From Heterodontus francisci (Eukaryota): a DNA stretch of 64,000 bases. Positions 11,876 to 25,606 of the stretch are shown here, one piece after another. Position 1 is the stretch's first letter, and the number at the start of each line of letters is the position of its first letter. Under the pieces are notes generated by a model. The model was not told the DNA's origin. It was given only the letters and a program-made list of their open reading frames with translations, and made no database searches. The stretch covers positions 4,092,001-4,156,000 of the forward strand of contig NC_090404.1 of NCBI RefSeq assembly GCF_036365525.1, written 5' to 3'. Made by a program: the position numbers and the translations under genes.

Positions 11876-12624
11876 CTGAATGTCTAAACGTTTTGTTTCA
11901 CGTACTGATGAACAGATTGATGGATGCGTGGAATGAACAGATGGACAGATAGATAGATGGGTCTGAAAGATGCTGTTCTACAACCACATCTTTGTGATTG
12001 ACTATTCCTAACAGGAAGCCGCCTCTTTATTTCATTTGAATTACTTTGACGCCTTCCAGTTCTTCCTGATTTTCTGGATCATTTCAATCCCTCGGATATC
12101 CAGAAGTAACAAAATCAATTCACAAAAAGCCTGGTGATATCCCTGCGGTATCTCTACTAATGGGGCACATTTATCACAAAGATATAAAGGGAGAATATGA
12201 ATGGGTTATGAAGGGACGATTGTAATATTTCTGAACATGTGGTCCTTTCATGTACATCAAAGCACTCAACTCGAATTACTTCAAACACATCAGCAATATA
12301 GAAAATCATTGGATACATTCTCCACTTCTCTCTGTACATACTTATTCCTCTGTTATACTGGTCCATTCACGCCATTCTAAAGAACACGGATAAAAGGAGA
12401 ATAAACTGTAACTTTCTTTACCGACATATATTCAGTGTCAGTCATTGGCCACAGTGAAATATAACATGTGGGTAGAGCACACTGTGGTCCCAAATTCAAA
12501 TGTCCTTAACTCCTTCAGCCACATTCCCCAGAGCCTCTCCATTTAGTCCATTCATGCACTATTGTTCACGAGTTCAGTACATCAGTCAGATTTCCTGAGG
12601 CTGATGGTATAGGGTCACTGTGAT

Positions 12625-13265
12625 AAGAACATAAGAAATACAGGCAGGAGTAGGCCATTCAACCCCTCAAGCCTGCTCCGCCATTTAAGAAGTTCATGGC
12701 TGATCTTGTTGTGGCCTGAACACCACTTTCTTGCTTACCCCGAAACCCTCCCCCAACAATCCCCGATAACCCTTGATTCCCTTGTCGATCAAAAATGGGT
12801 GACCATGATATCATTGTCGATTGTTGTGAAGACCCACCTGATGCACTATTGTCATTTCGGGAAGGAAATGTGCTGTCCTTATCTGGTCTGGACTACATGT
12901 GACTCCAGACCCACGCCGATGTGGTTGACTATTAACTGTCCTCTGAAATGGACGAGCCCGCCACTCAGTTCAAGGGCAATTGGGGATGGGCAATAAATGC
13001 TGGCCTATCCAGCGACGCCCACATCGCAGGAACTAATTAAAAATTGGTTGAATATTACAATACAATTACAATACAATTCCCAAAATGGCAGAGTTATTCT
13101 CGTGTTGGATTCAAGGTCACACCCACAGACAGTGACTGTACTAACTATAACAAAAACAAAAAGTGCTGGAAAAGCTCAGCAGATCTGGCAGCATCTGTGG
13201 AGAGAGAAGCAAAGTTCACGTTTCAGGTCTGTGACCTTTCATCAAAACTGGCAAAGTTTAGAAAA
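12625..13265. mobile_element. Nested CR1 tail, SINE body (12795-13045) and Penelope-like terminal repeat (13150-13262)
   Basis: Each piece matches copies elsewhere in the window (33655, 34120-34490, 14611-14900). Confidence 0.7.
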
Positions 13266-13449
13266 GAATTTCCTCCTGCACTCTGAACTAACTACCTGCC
13301 GTTCTGTACCATACGGGGGAATGACCTGAGGGTTGCGGATTCTGCCTGATTTAACACTGTATCTATAATGGAATTTAACTGTGAATGCCTGGAGTTCCAT
13401 TTACTTATACCTCCTTGATCTGTATTTTAATGATCATCCTTGAACATCA

Positions 13450-13930
13450 GCCGTGGCTTGGTTGGTAGCACTCTCCGCTCTGTGTTTGCAGGTCCCAGTT
13501 TCATGTTCTACTCTTGGACCTGAGCACAAAAATTACACTGGAACTACAGTGGAATGCTGCACTGTCAGAGGTATCGTCTTTCGGATGGGACAAGAACCCA
13601 AGGCGCTGTCTGCTCTCTCAGGTGTAAAGGATCCCATGGCACTATTTCGAACAAGTGCCGGAGAGTTCTTCCAGGTGTTCTGATCAGTATTTATCCCTCA
13701 ACCGACCTCACAAAAACAGACTATCTGGTCATTATCGTATTGCTGTTATTGGAGGGGCCGAGTGGCCTGCTGCTGCTCCCAATTCGCATGTTCGTATGTT
13801 TGCTTTGTGCAAATTGGCTGCTGCATTTCTGACATTCCTAAAGTGACGGTAGTTCACAAGTAGTTCATTAGTTGCAACGTTTTTGAGACGTCCTGTGGTC
13901 GTGAAAGGCCCGAGAGAAATGCAACAATTT
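13450..13930 (+). mobile_element. Deu-domain-type SINE
   Basis: tRNA-like head plus ggatcccatggcactatttcga..tatttatccctcaa core; second copy at 27030-27490. Confidence 0.7.
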
Positions 13931-14224
13931 TTGGTCTTTTTTCCTAACGATAGTTGTAAAAAGGAGTGATGGATTGAGCAAGTAAATCATACACTGCTCG
14001 AATGATAAAGCTGAGAAGGAGGCTTTCAGGACTGTACCAGCTCTTTGACAAACTATCCAATTATTCCACTCCCCCCTGCTATTTTGCCAAAACCGTGCAT
14101 TCTTTTTCCATTTGAAATATCTATGAAAATCCCTTTCAAAAGTTATTGTTCAAACTACTTCCCCCCTTTCAAGAATTGCATCCCAGATCATAACAATTTC
14201 CTCTGTCATTTCTCTTCCCCCTCA

Positions 14225-15470
14225 TAGAGTCATAGAATTAGAGAGTCATTTACGGCACAGACGGAGGCCATTCGGCCCATTGAGTACATGCTGGCTCTCC
14301 ACAGAGCTTTACAGTCAGTGCCCCACTGCCTCACTCGATCCTCGTAGCCCTGCAAGTCTATTTCCTTCAAATGACCATCCAATTTCCTTTTGAAGTCATT
14401 TATTGTCTCTGCTTCCAGCACCTTTGTCGACAGCAATTTCCAAGTCATTACCACCCGCTGTGTTACAGCGTTCCTCTTCATATTCCCCTTGCATCTATTG
14501 CCCAAAGCCTTCATTCTGTGTCTCCTAGTCCTTGTACCATTAGTTAATGTGAACGACTTTTCCTCCTCTAATATAAAATAAAACAAGAAATGCTGGAAAT
14601 ACTCAGCAGCATTTGTACTCAGAACGGTATGTTAATGCCTTTGTTCCATGACCTTCTGGTCAGTTATTCTCTGTGATCCTGTCTTATCAACACCTTCACC
14701 TTTGTTATCTCTTGCCCCACCCCCGCTTTACTTGCTTAAAACCTTTTACATTTCTAATATTTGTTAGTTCTGATGAAGGGTCACTGACCTGAAACATTAA
14801 CTCTGTTTATCTCTGCACAGATGCTGCCAGACCTGCTGAGTATATCCAGCATTTCTTGTTTTTATTTCAGATTTCCAGCTTCTGCAGTATTTTGCTTTTA
14901 TTTTCCACCTCTAACTTGTCTAAGTCTGTCATAATCTTGTACATGTCTATTAATCTCCCCTCAATCTCTTTTGTTTGAAGAAGAATAAGCTCAGTTTTTC
15001 CAACTTAACCTTGTCACTAAAATCCTCCATCCCCAGAACTATTCTAATAAATCTCTCTCAAGGACCCTCACATGCTTCCAAAAGTGTGGTGACCAGAACT
15101 GGACGCAATACTCCAGTATTGGCCTGACCAGGGCTTTATAAATGTTCAGCGTAACTTCCCTGCTTTTGTACTAAATACCTGTGTTTATGAAGCCCAAGAT
15201 CCCATATGCTTGACTAACCACACTCTCAAGATGTTGTGCCACCTTCAAAGATCGATGCACATGCATCCCAATGTCCCCCTGTCCCTGTACACTCTTCAGA
15301 ACTATGCCATTAAGTAAATGTTGCCTCTCCCTTTTCCTTCTGCCAAAATGCATCACCCGCCACTTGGCTGTCCACTCTGCTGACCTATCTCTGACCTGTT
15401 GCAGTCGTTATATATCATCCTCACTATTTGCCATACCTCCAAGATTGGTGTCATAAGCAAATTTGGAGAT
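14225..15470 (-). mobile_element. CR1 LINE 3' part, interrupted by a Penelope-like insertion (14575-14900)
   Basis: RT-like translations (MHFGRRK.., AYGILGFI, QRVVMTW). The insert has a short inverted copy of its terminal repeat and is flanked by ttcctcctctaa/ttccacctctaa. Confidence 0.8.
14766..14802 (+). ncRNA. Minimal hammerhead ribozyme-type motif in a Penelope-like terminal repeat (one substitution in stem III)
   Basis: agtt-CTGATGA-agggtc act gacct-GAAAC-ATT-aact: core boxes present, stem II hairpin, and AGTT/AACT stem I. Confidence 0.65.
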
Positions 15471-15589
15471 TCTACTCCATATTCCAAGATTCAAGTCGAC
15501 GTAGCTTTTGGTTATTCTGCAATTTTTCTTGAATTTTTGTCCTCTCGTTATCAACCCTTCTACCACTGGAAATATTTACAATTTACATA

Positions 15590-16262
15590 TTCTATCAAAC
15601 GCACCAAGGCTCCTCAGACAGCACCTTGCAAACCCACAACCTCTACGACCTCGAAGGTCAAGAATACCAGATGCATGGGACCATCACAGGGTGGCACAGT
15701 GGCGCAGTGGTTAGCACCACAGCTTCACATCTCCAGCGACCCGGCTTCAATTCTGGGTACTGCCTGTGTGGAGGTTGTAAGTTCTCCCAGTGATGTTTCC
15801 TCCCACATCCAAAAGACTTGCAGGTTAATAGGTAAACTGGCCATTATAAATTGTCCCTAGTATAGGTAAGTGATGGGGGAATATCGAGATAGGTGAGGAT
15901 GTGGTAGGAATATGGGATTAGTGTAGGATTGGTATAAATGGGTGGTAAATGTTCGACACAGACTCGGTGGGCCGAACGGCCTGTTTCAGTGCTGGATATC
16001 AAAATCAAATCACCACCTGCATGTTCCCATTCAAATCACACACCATCCTGAATTGGAACTATGTCGCTGTTCCTTCACTGTCGCTGGGTCAAAATCCTGG
16101 AACTCCCTTTTTAACAGCACCTTGGGTGTAGCTACCTCACATAAACTGCAGTGGATCAAGAAGGCAGCTCATCACCAGCTTTTCAAGGGCAATTAGGGAT
16201 GGGCAATAAATGCTGGCCTCGCTAGCCAGGGATGCCCACATCCCATGATTAAAAAAAAAATC
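15590..16262 (+). mobile_element. LINE 3' end with nested HE1-like SINE (~15688-16005)
   Basis: SINE A/B-box head; LINE tail gggcaataaatgctggcc..cccacatcccatga + poly(A). Confidence 0.75.
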
Positions 16263-17442
16263 AAAACACCTCATGATTTTGAACACCTCTATGAAATTTC
16301 CTTTTCACCTTTTCTTCTCTCAGCAGAACAAACTTTGCTGCTTCAGTCTCTCCATCTAACAGAAATCTTTATCCTTGGTACCATTTTAGAACATTTTTCT
16401 GGACCATCTCCAAGGCCTTGATGTCGATCTGAAAAAGTGGTACCCAGAAATGAACACAGTACTCCAGCTGAGGCCTACTGGTGTTTTGTAAAAGTTTAGC
16501 ATAATCATAATTTTTCTGCTGGAGTCGTCTATAACTTGGTGCAATGAGAACTGAGGTGAGGACTAATGTAATATAAACAGATGGATGGTGCGGTGTAGTA
16601 ATAACTGAGACAGGATCTAGTGCAATATAAATTGACACATTATGCAATGCAAGAATAAAAGAGACATTGTCCAGCGTAATATAGATGGATATGTGACATT
16701 CAGTAATATAAACAGCGGAATCATTTTGTGTAATAGGTTTAGAGCCATGCTTAAATATATTACATGTTCTGCAATTACGTTTTGAATAGAAGGAAATAAA
16801 ATGCTAAAATATAATTTGTGAAGGTAATTATCCATCTTTGTTGAATCCATTGAGAAGTATTAATAATGATGTGCTTTCTACACAAACGCACACATTTTAC
16901 ATATACACATATACAATTACAGATACACGTACACTTACATGTGTGTTTGTGTGTGCTCGATTAGTTTTCGTTTGTTCCCATCTAGCAGTTGAGAGCTATG
17001 GAATTAGGTTAAAATTTACACTAGACTCTGCCTCCTTTGTTGCTGCACTAGACACTGCTGCAATGTATATTACAGTAGACATTATCTCATTTGGCATTGC
17101 ATGAGACATCTCTTTGTTTATTTTGCACACGACTCATTCTAGTTTACTGCTGCACTACACCATGCTTCAACTTATATTACACAAGGCCCTGCCTCAGTTG
17201 TTTCTGCAATGCTCCATATCTCTGTTTATATTACACTGGACTCTGTCCCAGCATACTACATTAGACCATGTGCAGTTATTACTGCAGGAGACCATTTGTC
17301 TGTTTATAATACATAGGCTTTGCTCAGTTGTTACTACTAGATCATGTCCCACTTATATTACACGAAATCCTATCCCACCAATGTTATGCTAGACCATGTT
17401 GCTGTTTATATTATGCTAGGTCTTGTCCCAGTTATTACTGCG

Positions 17443-17822
17443 GCAGCCCATAGGATTGTGTTGTGTGGTCACGGTTCCAGACTCTGTCTGACACCGTCAT
17501 TCGGTCAGATGAAACCTAAATGGAAAATCCTGCAGGGGAAACAATTCTTCACAATAGAAAAGAATGGTGAAAATTATCACAGTACAACACAAGTGATGGA
17601 TTCGTAAACATCAACACAACAGAATTTGTCAGTAAGCAGTGTAAATTGCTTAATTTTAGTCCTATCCCTCAACGCAGTTCATCTCTGGGAGATTGTTACA
17701 AGATTCGCCCAATCCTTTCAACAAAAATATTCCCCACATAATACCAGAGCAATTAGAAATTGCACACCGCTGCTTATCGCTATGAACAAGATTAAACGTA
17801 TTCTTACAACCAAAAATGATTG
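17443..17822 (-). repeat. Unidentified exon-bearing duplicated unit, copy A
   Basis: Clear similarity to copies at 18623, 24983, 27869 and 29640/33220; acceptors ttgaaAG (exon starts 17714) and ctgcAG (exon starts 17529). Confidence 0.8.
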
Positions 17823-17999
17823 CACCACACACAGACATATATTTTCATTTATATTCCTATCCATCTATCTATATAACAGTTAAATGGTCTGGTGCCGTAA
17901 AATAACTGAGACACGGCCTCGTATAAACAAAAGACAAAGACATGGTTTAATGTAATTAAACAGAGTTATGGTTTGATGCGATATTCAATTCAATTCAAT

Positions 18000-18400
18000 T
18001 CCATTTTATTGATGATAAGTTGAATTGGAGAGAACAGTGTGGAGATGTGGTGGCCAAGTGACATACACCAATATACTACTCAGAAAATTAAAATCCTTTT
18101 GAGTAGAACCCGTAATCATGAAACTCTTCTATACGGTTGTTGTTGAGGGTGCTGTCCTTTTTGGATGTCTTTCCTGGTACTGTTGTCTTCGGAATGTAGA
18201 TACTTTAAGGGTACAGAGATTTCTGAACCAAGCAGGAATGGTAGTGATGAGCAAATATTTCTTGACAACATCTGCTCTCAAAAAATTTGTACAAAACAAC
18301 ATTATGAACATTAAGAATCGCCCCTTGTCTCAATCTTACTTTTCAAAGCGTTCAGGGAATGCAGGACAAATCGGTTCTTGAACTCGTTCGTGCTTCTCTC
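18000..18400 (+). mobile_element. Decayed Rex1/Babar-like LINE RT C-terminal fragment
   Basis: IDDKLNW...LKSF..KLFYTVVVEGAVLFGCLSWY motif. Confidence 0.6.
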
Positions 18401-18622
18401 TGAAATAACTTTGAACGGGAGCTTGAGAAATGGATGACCATAAGGGATTCATTGATTATTTTCATGCATTGAAATTAGTTTTAAACATCTATTTCAATCA
18501 ACTTAGACTTTGTGTGATAGGGTAATTTTCTTTCTTTTTATTGCTATTGTCCAATTGCAATTTTAAAGTGTGCAATGTTATTCTGAGAGTTATGGCATTA
18601 GCTGGATTTTAGCATCCTGCAC

Positions 18623-18882
18623 CAGCCCATCTAGCGGTGCTGTGTGGTCACGGTTCCAGACCCAGGCTTACACAGTCCGTTCGTCAGACGAAAGCTAAAT
18701 AGAATATCCTGCAGGAAAAACATCCCTCAGCAATAAAAGGAATCTGTGAGCAATTTTCACAGTACAACACAACAGTGAATTCGTAAACTTTAACACAAAG
18801 TTTATCACTAAGTAGAGTAAAGTTCATTACACCTTTAGTCTGGTCCCTCAATCCCAGTTGATCGCTGGGAGATGGTTACATT
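18623..18882 (-). repeat. Unidentified duplicated unit, copy B (5'-truncated)
   Basis: gggattgagggaccagactaaag|gt donor and ttcctgcag|gatattc acceptor (exon starts 18708). Confidence 0.8.
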
Positions 18883-21800
18883 ACGCCAGTTGACGCTGAC
18901 CATTGTTTGTAAAATTTAGCAACATCATTATTTTTCTACTCGTCGTCTACGGCCTCGTGAAATGAGAAATGAAACAAGGCCTATTTTAAATATAAACAGA
19001 TACATGGTCCGGTAATACACATTACTTGACACTCGGCCCTGTTTACATTACATTTGGCCCTATTTCTGTTGATGTTACTGTGGTCTTGTCTCAGTTTTAA
19101 ATGCAGAAACGTTTGCCTCTTAGTATAGCAAACAAGATTCTGTTCCAGTCATTACTGCACGAGGCCAACTCCCTCTCTCTCTCCCTCTCTGTTTATAATG
19201 CACCACCTCCTTTCCCAGTAACAAAACCATGTCTCTATTCCCATTGCACCAGACCCTGCCTCTGTTATTCCTCAACTAAATTAATTCTGCTGATATTTCG
19301 CTGTCCCACTTTATGTTACTAGAGACGCTGCTTCCTTTATTGGTGCACCAGACTACGCTTCTACTCACATTTCACAAGGCCCTGTCTCACGTATTACTAC
19401 ACTGGGCCATATCTCTGTTTCTAGTAAGCAAAGCCCTGTCTCAGCTGACAACATAAGACCATGTGCTGTTATTAGTGCAGGAGACCAATTCTCTGTTTAT
19501 AATACATTCGGCCTTGCTCCGTTATTACTGCACTAAATCATGTCCCACCTTTATTACATTTCCTTTGTTCTGAGGAGAATATCTCAAGTCCTAAATTATA
19601 TTTTAGAATTATATTTCCTTCTACCCAAAACGTAATTGCAGATCATTTAATACAATTGGCCAAGGCTCGAGATTTATTGAACACATCGATTTCGTTGTTT
19701 ATATTACATTAGACCATGTTGTTTGTTTCTATTCTGCTCAGCTGCCTCAGACGTTGCGGGGCGAGGCCATACTTCTATTCATTCCACTAAACGATGTCAC
19801 ATTCTATAACGTTGCAGTTTGTGTCTCAGTTTTTAGTGAAGTAACCAGAAAAAATATTGGAAGATGTCGGAGAGGAAATGGTGACGGTAAAACGTTAAAA
19901 TGAATTTTATGGAAGCAGAAATGGTGCGAAATTCACTTAAAGCAGCAAGTGTTTCATTCCTTTACAAACAATGGAAATAATGAATCAGTCATTTACAGAT
20001 TTATTAACTTCACATCATGTACAGGTAGTTTCATTTTTACCATCACTTGGCCTGACACACGGTAACAAGTTTCAGGATGGCTCAGGAACCAACTGAGTGG
20101 CTGCACAGATTCTCAGAAAGTCTTGTCGGTCCTGGTGGAGGAGATCCAGGAGAGGAGGGATGACCTGTACAGACAATGTACCCTTCTGTCTCAGCAGCTG
20201 GTGCAACTGTGCCTGGCCTCATGTCCTCCTCCCATTCGTACACCAGGATGCCGATGACCTAGCTGTGAAGGCCATTCCTTGAGAGGCAGGTTCTGCCACA
20301 AGTGGCGGAACCCCTTCAACCAAGATCAACAAATTAAACTAACAAACGTTCAGCCATTTTGCTCTATTACAAATTTCTCTGTGCAGAAATCGGCCACATT
20401 CACTTGGAATTAGTTGCACTTCAAATTTTGGGACCTCCTAGAGAAGGTGATGGGCTGGTACATCAACGCAAGTTGTTTCTTGGTGTATTAATATCAGAAG
20501 CAGGAACTGACATCGACATTTTCACAAGAGGTGCAATAGCCAAACACAACCACAAGGTGTCAGTGAAAGCCCGATTGTTTACATTACTTGAAACAGGTGC
20601 TGCCTTCATTATTACTGCTCCAGATCTTGTTTCTGTTTCTATTGCACTAGATGTTGTCTCTGTTTATATTATACTCGGTCATTTTCCTATTCGTATTGCA
20701 ACAAATATTGTCTCTGAACATATAAAAACAGTCCATTGCTCAGCTCTTCCTACATTGGCCCAATCTCAAGTGTTAATACTCTGGACCATGTTTCTGCTTG
20801 CACCACACAATACCCTGTGTCGGTCATTCCTGCACGAGATCACATTTCTGTTTCTATCACACAAAGCCCTGTCTCTGCTATTACTGTAATGAACCATCTC
20901 TCTGTTACGACTACACGGAATTCTGTCTCACCTGGTGCTGAACTTGTCCATGTCTCAGATCATTGAAATCTAGGTTCTGTATCAATAATACTGCACTGGA
21001 CCTTCTCTCGGTTTTTCTTCTAATGGACCCTGTCTCACGTATGACTACATTCTATCATGTCCCTGTTCTCATTACACAAGACTCTGTCCCAATTATCATT
21101 GCACTCGACAGATTTCAGATTACACTTGATCATGTATCTGTTTAACTTACACCAGAACATGTCTGTTAATACTACACGAGACACAATCTCAGTTTTTACT
21201 GAGCTAGACGCATTGTTGGTTCATATTACCGTAGATCTTGTATCAATAATTGGTGCACTGGAGCCTGTCTCAGTATTCCTGCACAAGGCCCTGTCCCTGT
21301 TTATATTACCACAGTGCCTGTCTCTGATCATATTGCACCAGTCCCTCTCTCAGTTATTACTGTTCTGGACCCTATCTCAGCTGCTACTACACAGGACTAG
21401 GTCTCTGTTTATATTAAGTTCGGCAAAGTCTCTGTTATTACTGCACCAAACCCTGTGTCTGTTTATAGTACACTAAACCCAGTCTCAATCAGTGCTGGAC
21501 CATTCAATGTCTCCGTTCATATTACACTGGAACATGTCCCTGTTAATACTCCACTTGAACATGTCCCTGTTCATATTAAAATAAGCCTTGTCTTTTCATT
21601 ACTAATGTGTTTATATTGCAATTAGAACACTCTCTGTTTATATTACACAGGACCCTGTCTCTTTTTATTTGACACTTGATCCTGTCTCTTTTTATATTAC
21701 ACTAGACCCTGCCTCTGTTTATATTCAATTTGTCCCCTTCTCTGTTTCTATTACACTAGAACATGACTCAGTTACGAATGGACTTCGTTGCATTTCTGTT

Positions 21801-22114
21801 TATATTACATTCGACCCTATCTCTGTTCTTACTGCACCAGGCCTTGGCCATGGTTACATTGCACTCGACCTTATCTCTGGTCTTTCTGCACTAGGCCCTG
21901 TCTCGATTTATATTACACTCGACCTTATCTCTGTTCTTTCTGCACCAAGCCCTGTCACTGTTTATATTACTCTCGACCCTGTCTCTGATAGCATTACACT
22001 CTACCGTGCCTCTGCTAATATTAAACTAGGCCCTGTCTCTGTTTATATTACTTTGGACGCTGACTCTGTTTATATTACAGTTGACCCTGTCTCTGTTTAT
22101 ATTTCACGAGACCC

Positions 22115-24565
22115 ATTTCGGCAAAAGTGTCCATAACGCTGGAAGGTTTAAGGTAGTTATGGAAAAGGACAAAGATAGACCAGAAATAAAGGTACTGAAT
22201 TGGGGGAAGGACGATTTCAATACGATAAAACAGGATCTGGCGTAAGTGGACTGGGAGCCGCTACTTGGAGGAAAGTCTACATCAGACCAGTGGGAGTCAT
22301 TCAAAGAGGAAACAGTGAGAGTTCAAAGCCAACATGTACCCGTGAAGGTGAAGGGAACCCTGGATGTCAAGGGATATAGAGGATTGGATCAGGAGAAAAG
22401 GAAGCTTTTGGCAGATTCACAGCGCTGAAAGCAGTGGAGGTAATAGATGACTATAGAAAGTGCAGCAGGGGATACTTAAAAAAGTAATTAGGAGAGGGAA
22501 GAGTAGATAAGAAAAAACACTGGCAGGCTAGATAAAGGAAAATTCTAAAGCGTTTTCTAAGCATATTAAGGGTAAGAGGATAACCAGGGAAAGAGTAGGA
22601 CCCATTAGGGACCAAAGGTGCAATCTCTGTGTGGAGCCGCAAGACATTGGTGAGGTTTTAAATGATTACTTTTAATCTGAGTTCACCATAGAGAAGGTCA
22701 ATGTTGGTGTAGAGATCAGGGAAGGGGATTGTGATATACTTGAACATATTAGCATTGAAAGGGAGGAAGTATTAGCGGTTCTGGTGGGCTTAAAAGTGGA
22801 TGAATCGCCAGGCCCAGAGGAGATGTATCCCAGGCTGTTATGTGAGGCAAGGGAAGAGATAGTAAGGACTCTGACACAAATTTTCAAATCTGCTCTGGCC
22901 ACATGAGAGGTACCAGTGGATTGGAGGACAGCGAATGTGGTACCATTATTCAAGAAGGGTAGTCGGGAGAAACCTGGGAATTACAGGCCGGTGAGTATAA
23001 CATCAGTGGTAAGGAAACTATTGGAAAAAAAACTCTGAGGGATAGGATTAATCTCCACTTAGAGAGGCAGGGATTAATCAGGGATAGGGAGCATGGCTTT
23101 GTCAGGGGGAGATCGTGTCTAACTAACCAGATTGAATGTTACGAGGTGGTGACTCGATGTATAGATGAGGATAAAGCAGTTGATATTCTACATGGACTTC
23201 AGTCAGGTTTTTGATAAGGTCCCACATAAAAAGATAAGATCTCATGGGATCCAGGGCAATTTGGCAAATTGGATCCAAAATTGGCTCAGTAGCAGGAGGC
23301 AGAGGGTGATGGTTGAGGGTTGTTTTTGCAAGTGGAAGCCTTTGACCAGTGGTGTACCGCAGGGATCGGTGCTGGGACCCAGACTGTTTGTAGTGTACAT
23401 TAATGATTTAGGCGTGAATATAGGAGGTGTGATCAGTAAATTCGCAGATGACATGAAAATTGGTGGTGTCGTAAATAGTGAGGAGGTTGGCCTTAGATTA
23501 CAGGACGATATCGATGGGCTGGTAAGATGGGCGGAACAGTGGCAAATAGATTTTAATCCTGAGAAGTGTGAGGTGATGCATTTTTGGAGTACTAATCAGG
23601 CATGGGAATATATCGTGGATGGTAGGACCCTATGAAGTACAGAGGGTCAGAGGGACCTTGGTGTACTTGTCCATTGATCACTGAAAGCAGCAGCACAGGT
23701 AGATAAGATGGTTAGCAAGGCATATGAAAATTATTAGAGGCATTTATGGGATAGATAGGAAGAAACATTTTCCCTTTGCGGAGAGGTCAATAACTCGGGT
23801 ACATAGATTTAAGGTAAGGGGCAGGAGTTTTAGAGGGGAGTGGAGGAAAGAAAATTCACCCAGAGGTTGATTGGAATCTGGAACACACTGCCTGAAGAGG
23901 CGGTAGAGGCAGGAACACACACAACATATAAGAAGTATTTAGATGAGCACTTGAAATGCCAAAGCATACAAGACTATGGGTCAAGTGCGGGCAGGTGGGA
24001 TTAGTTTTGGACAGGTGCTTAATGGTCAGCGCAGGGGCGCTGGGCCGAAGGGCCTGCTTCTGTGCAGTAAAACTCTATGACTCTGTAGGATTGTTGCCTT
24101 TATGAGCCGAGGCATTGAATATAAGAGCAGGGAAGTTATGATGGAGCTGTATAAAACACTGGTTAGGCCACAGCTGGAGTACTGTGAACAGTTCTGGGCA
24201 CCACACTATAGGAAGGATGTGATTGCACTGGGGAGGGTGCACAGGAGATTCACCAGGATGTTGCCTGGGCTGGAGCATTTCAGCTATGCAGAGAGACTGA
24301 AAAGGCTGGGGTTGTTTTACTGAGAGCAGAGAAGGCTGAGGGGGAACATGATTGAGGTTTACAAAATAATGAGGGGCAGTGATAGGTTAGATAGGAAGAA
24401 AATGTTTCCCTCAGTGGAGGCGTCAATAACCAGGGAGCATAGATTTAAGGTAAGGGGCAGGAGGTTTAGAGGGGATTTGAGGAATTTGTTTTTCACTCTG
24501 AGGATGGTTGGAATCTGGAATGCACTGCATGAAGAGGTGGTGGAGGCAGGAACCCTCACAACATT
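22115..24565 (+). mobile_element. CR1 LINE ORF2 remnant(s) inserted in the minisatellite
   Basis: [23 protein letters not shown] motifs; ctctatgactct tail near 24075, followed by a second 3' fragment. Confidence 0.92.
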
Positions 24566-24982
24566 TACACTATATTACACTAGACCATGTTTCAGTTATG
24601 ACTGGACTTCGTTGCATCTCTGTATATATTACACCAGACACTATCTCTGTTCTTACTGCACCAGTCCCTGTCTCTGTTTATATTACACTGGACCCTCTCT
24701 CGGTTTATATTACACTGGGCCATGTTGGTTTTTCACTGCACTAGGCCATGTTTCCAGTAGATGAAGAGATATTATTATAAATAAGGATGTTAGACTGGAA
24801 ATTGGTATCAGGTTACGGCCGAACGGACCCTTTTGGCTCGGCCGCCTGTTCGACCCAGGGCCTGGTGTTCAATTTCATTGCAGTCAACGGAGTTGCTGTG
24901 TCTCCCGGGCGGTCAATCCGATAGTGACGCTTTCTGTGCCACTGCCTGAAACCAATTTCCATCTTATGTGTTTGTGTGTTGG

Positions 24983-25445
24983 GCGGGTGCAATCATTTTC
25001 TGTATGGAAGAATACCTTTAATCTTGTTAATACCTATCAGTAGCTTATGTGAAATTTCTAATTGCTCTGGTATTACGTGGGTAATATTTGTGTTGAAAGG
25101 ATGGGCTGAATCTTGCAACAAGCTCCAGAGACGGACTGGGTGGGATTGAAGGACAGGACTAAAGGTCAGTAATAGTGCACTGCACTTTACAACACTTGGT
25201 AACAAACTCTGTTGTGTTAAAGTGTACTAATTCACACTTGTGTTGTACTGTGACAATTCCTCACTTTTTAATGTTCAGGATATTTTAGTCGCTGCGGGAT
25301 TTTCAATTTCGAGTTCACTTGACCTCGTGATTGTGTTCGAAACAGCCTGGAACAGTGACCCCGCAGACCCAAACGACAGGCTGCCGCAGGGTCCTAATGT
25401 CCACCAAGTTCAATCATCTGATCAACAGGGACAACTGAAATGAAA
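24983..25445 (+). repeat. Unidentified duplicated unit, copy C (inverted)
   Basis: Exon-like 25100-25164 (AG..GTCAGT); downstream acceptor mutated (ctgcgg) before 25298. Confidence 0.8.
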
Positions 25446-25451
25446 ACACAC

Positions 25452-25606
25452 NNNNNNNNNNNNNNNNNNNNNNNNNNNNNNNNNNNNNNNNNNNNNNNNN
25501 NNNNNNNNNNNNNNNNNNNNNNNNNNNNNNNNNNNNNNNNNNNNNNNNNNNNNNNNNNNNNNNNNNNNNNNNNNNNNNNNNNNNNNNNNNNNNNNNNNNN
25601 NNNNNN
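25452..25606. other. Assembly gap (N run)
   Basis: 155 N. Confidence 1.

Larger units (their letters stand above)
16535..22112. repeat. Field of degenerate 24-27-bp minisatellite (gtctctgtttatattacactagaccct) interspersed with other sequence; densest at 20570-22112
   Basis: Unit translates as repeated VSVYITLDP in ORF 21669-22136; resumes at 24568-24755, with inverted copies at 25710-26350 and 36360-36790. Confidence 0.85.

Noticed and set aside
18830-18870. J-like peptide WD*GTRLKV in the duplicated unit
   Set aside because: No FGxG/WGxG motif, in-frame stop, no upstream RSS; preceded by a splice acceptor in the other copies.
20359-22136. Hydrophobic ORFs of 139-176 aa (VSVYITLDP repeats)
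   Set aside because: Translation of the 27-bp minisatellite; no gene structure.
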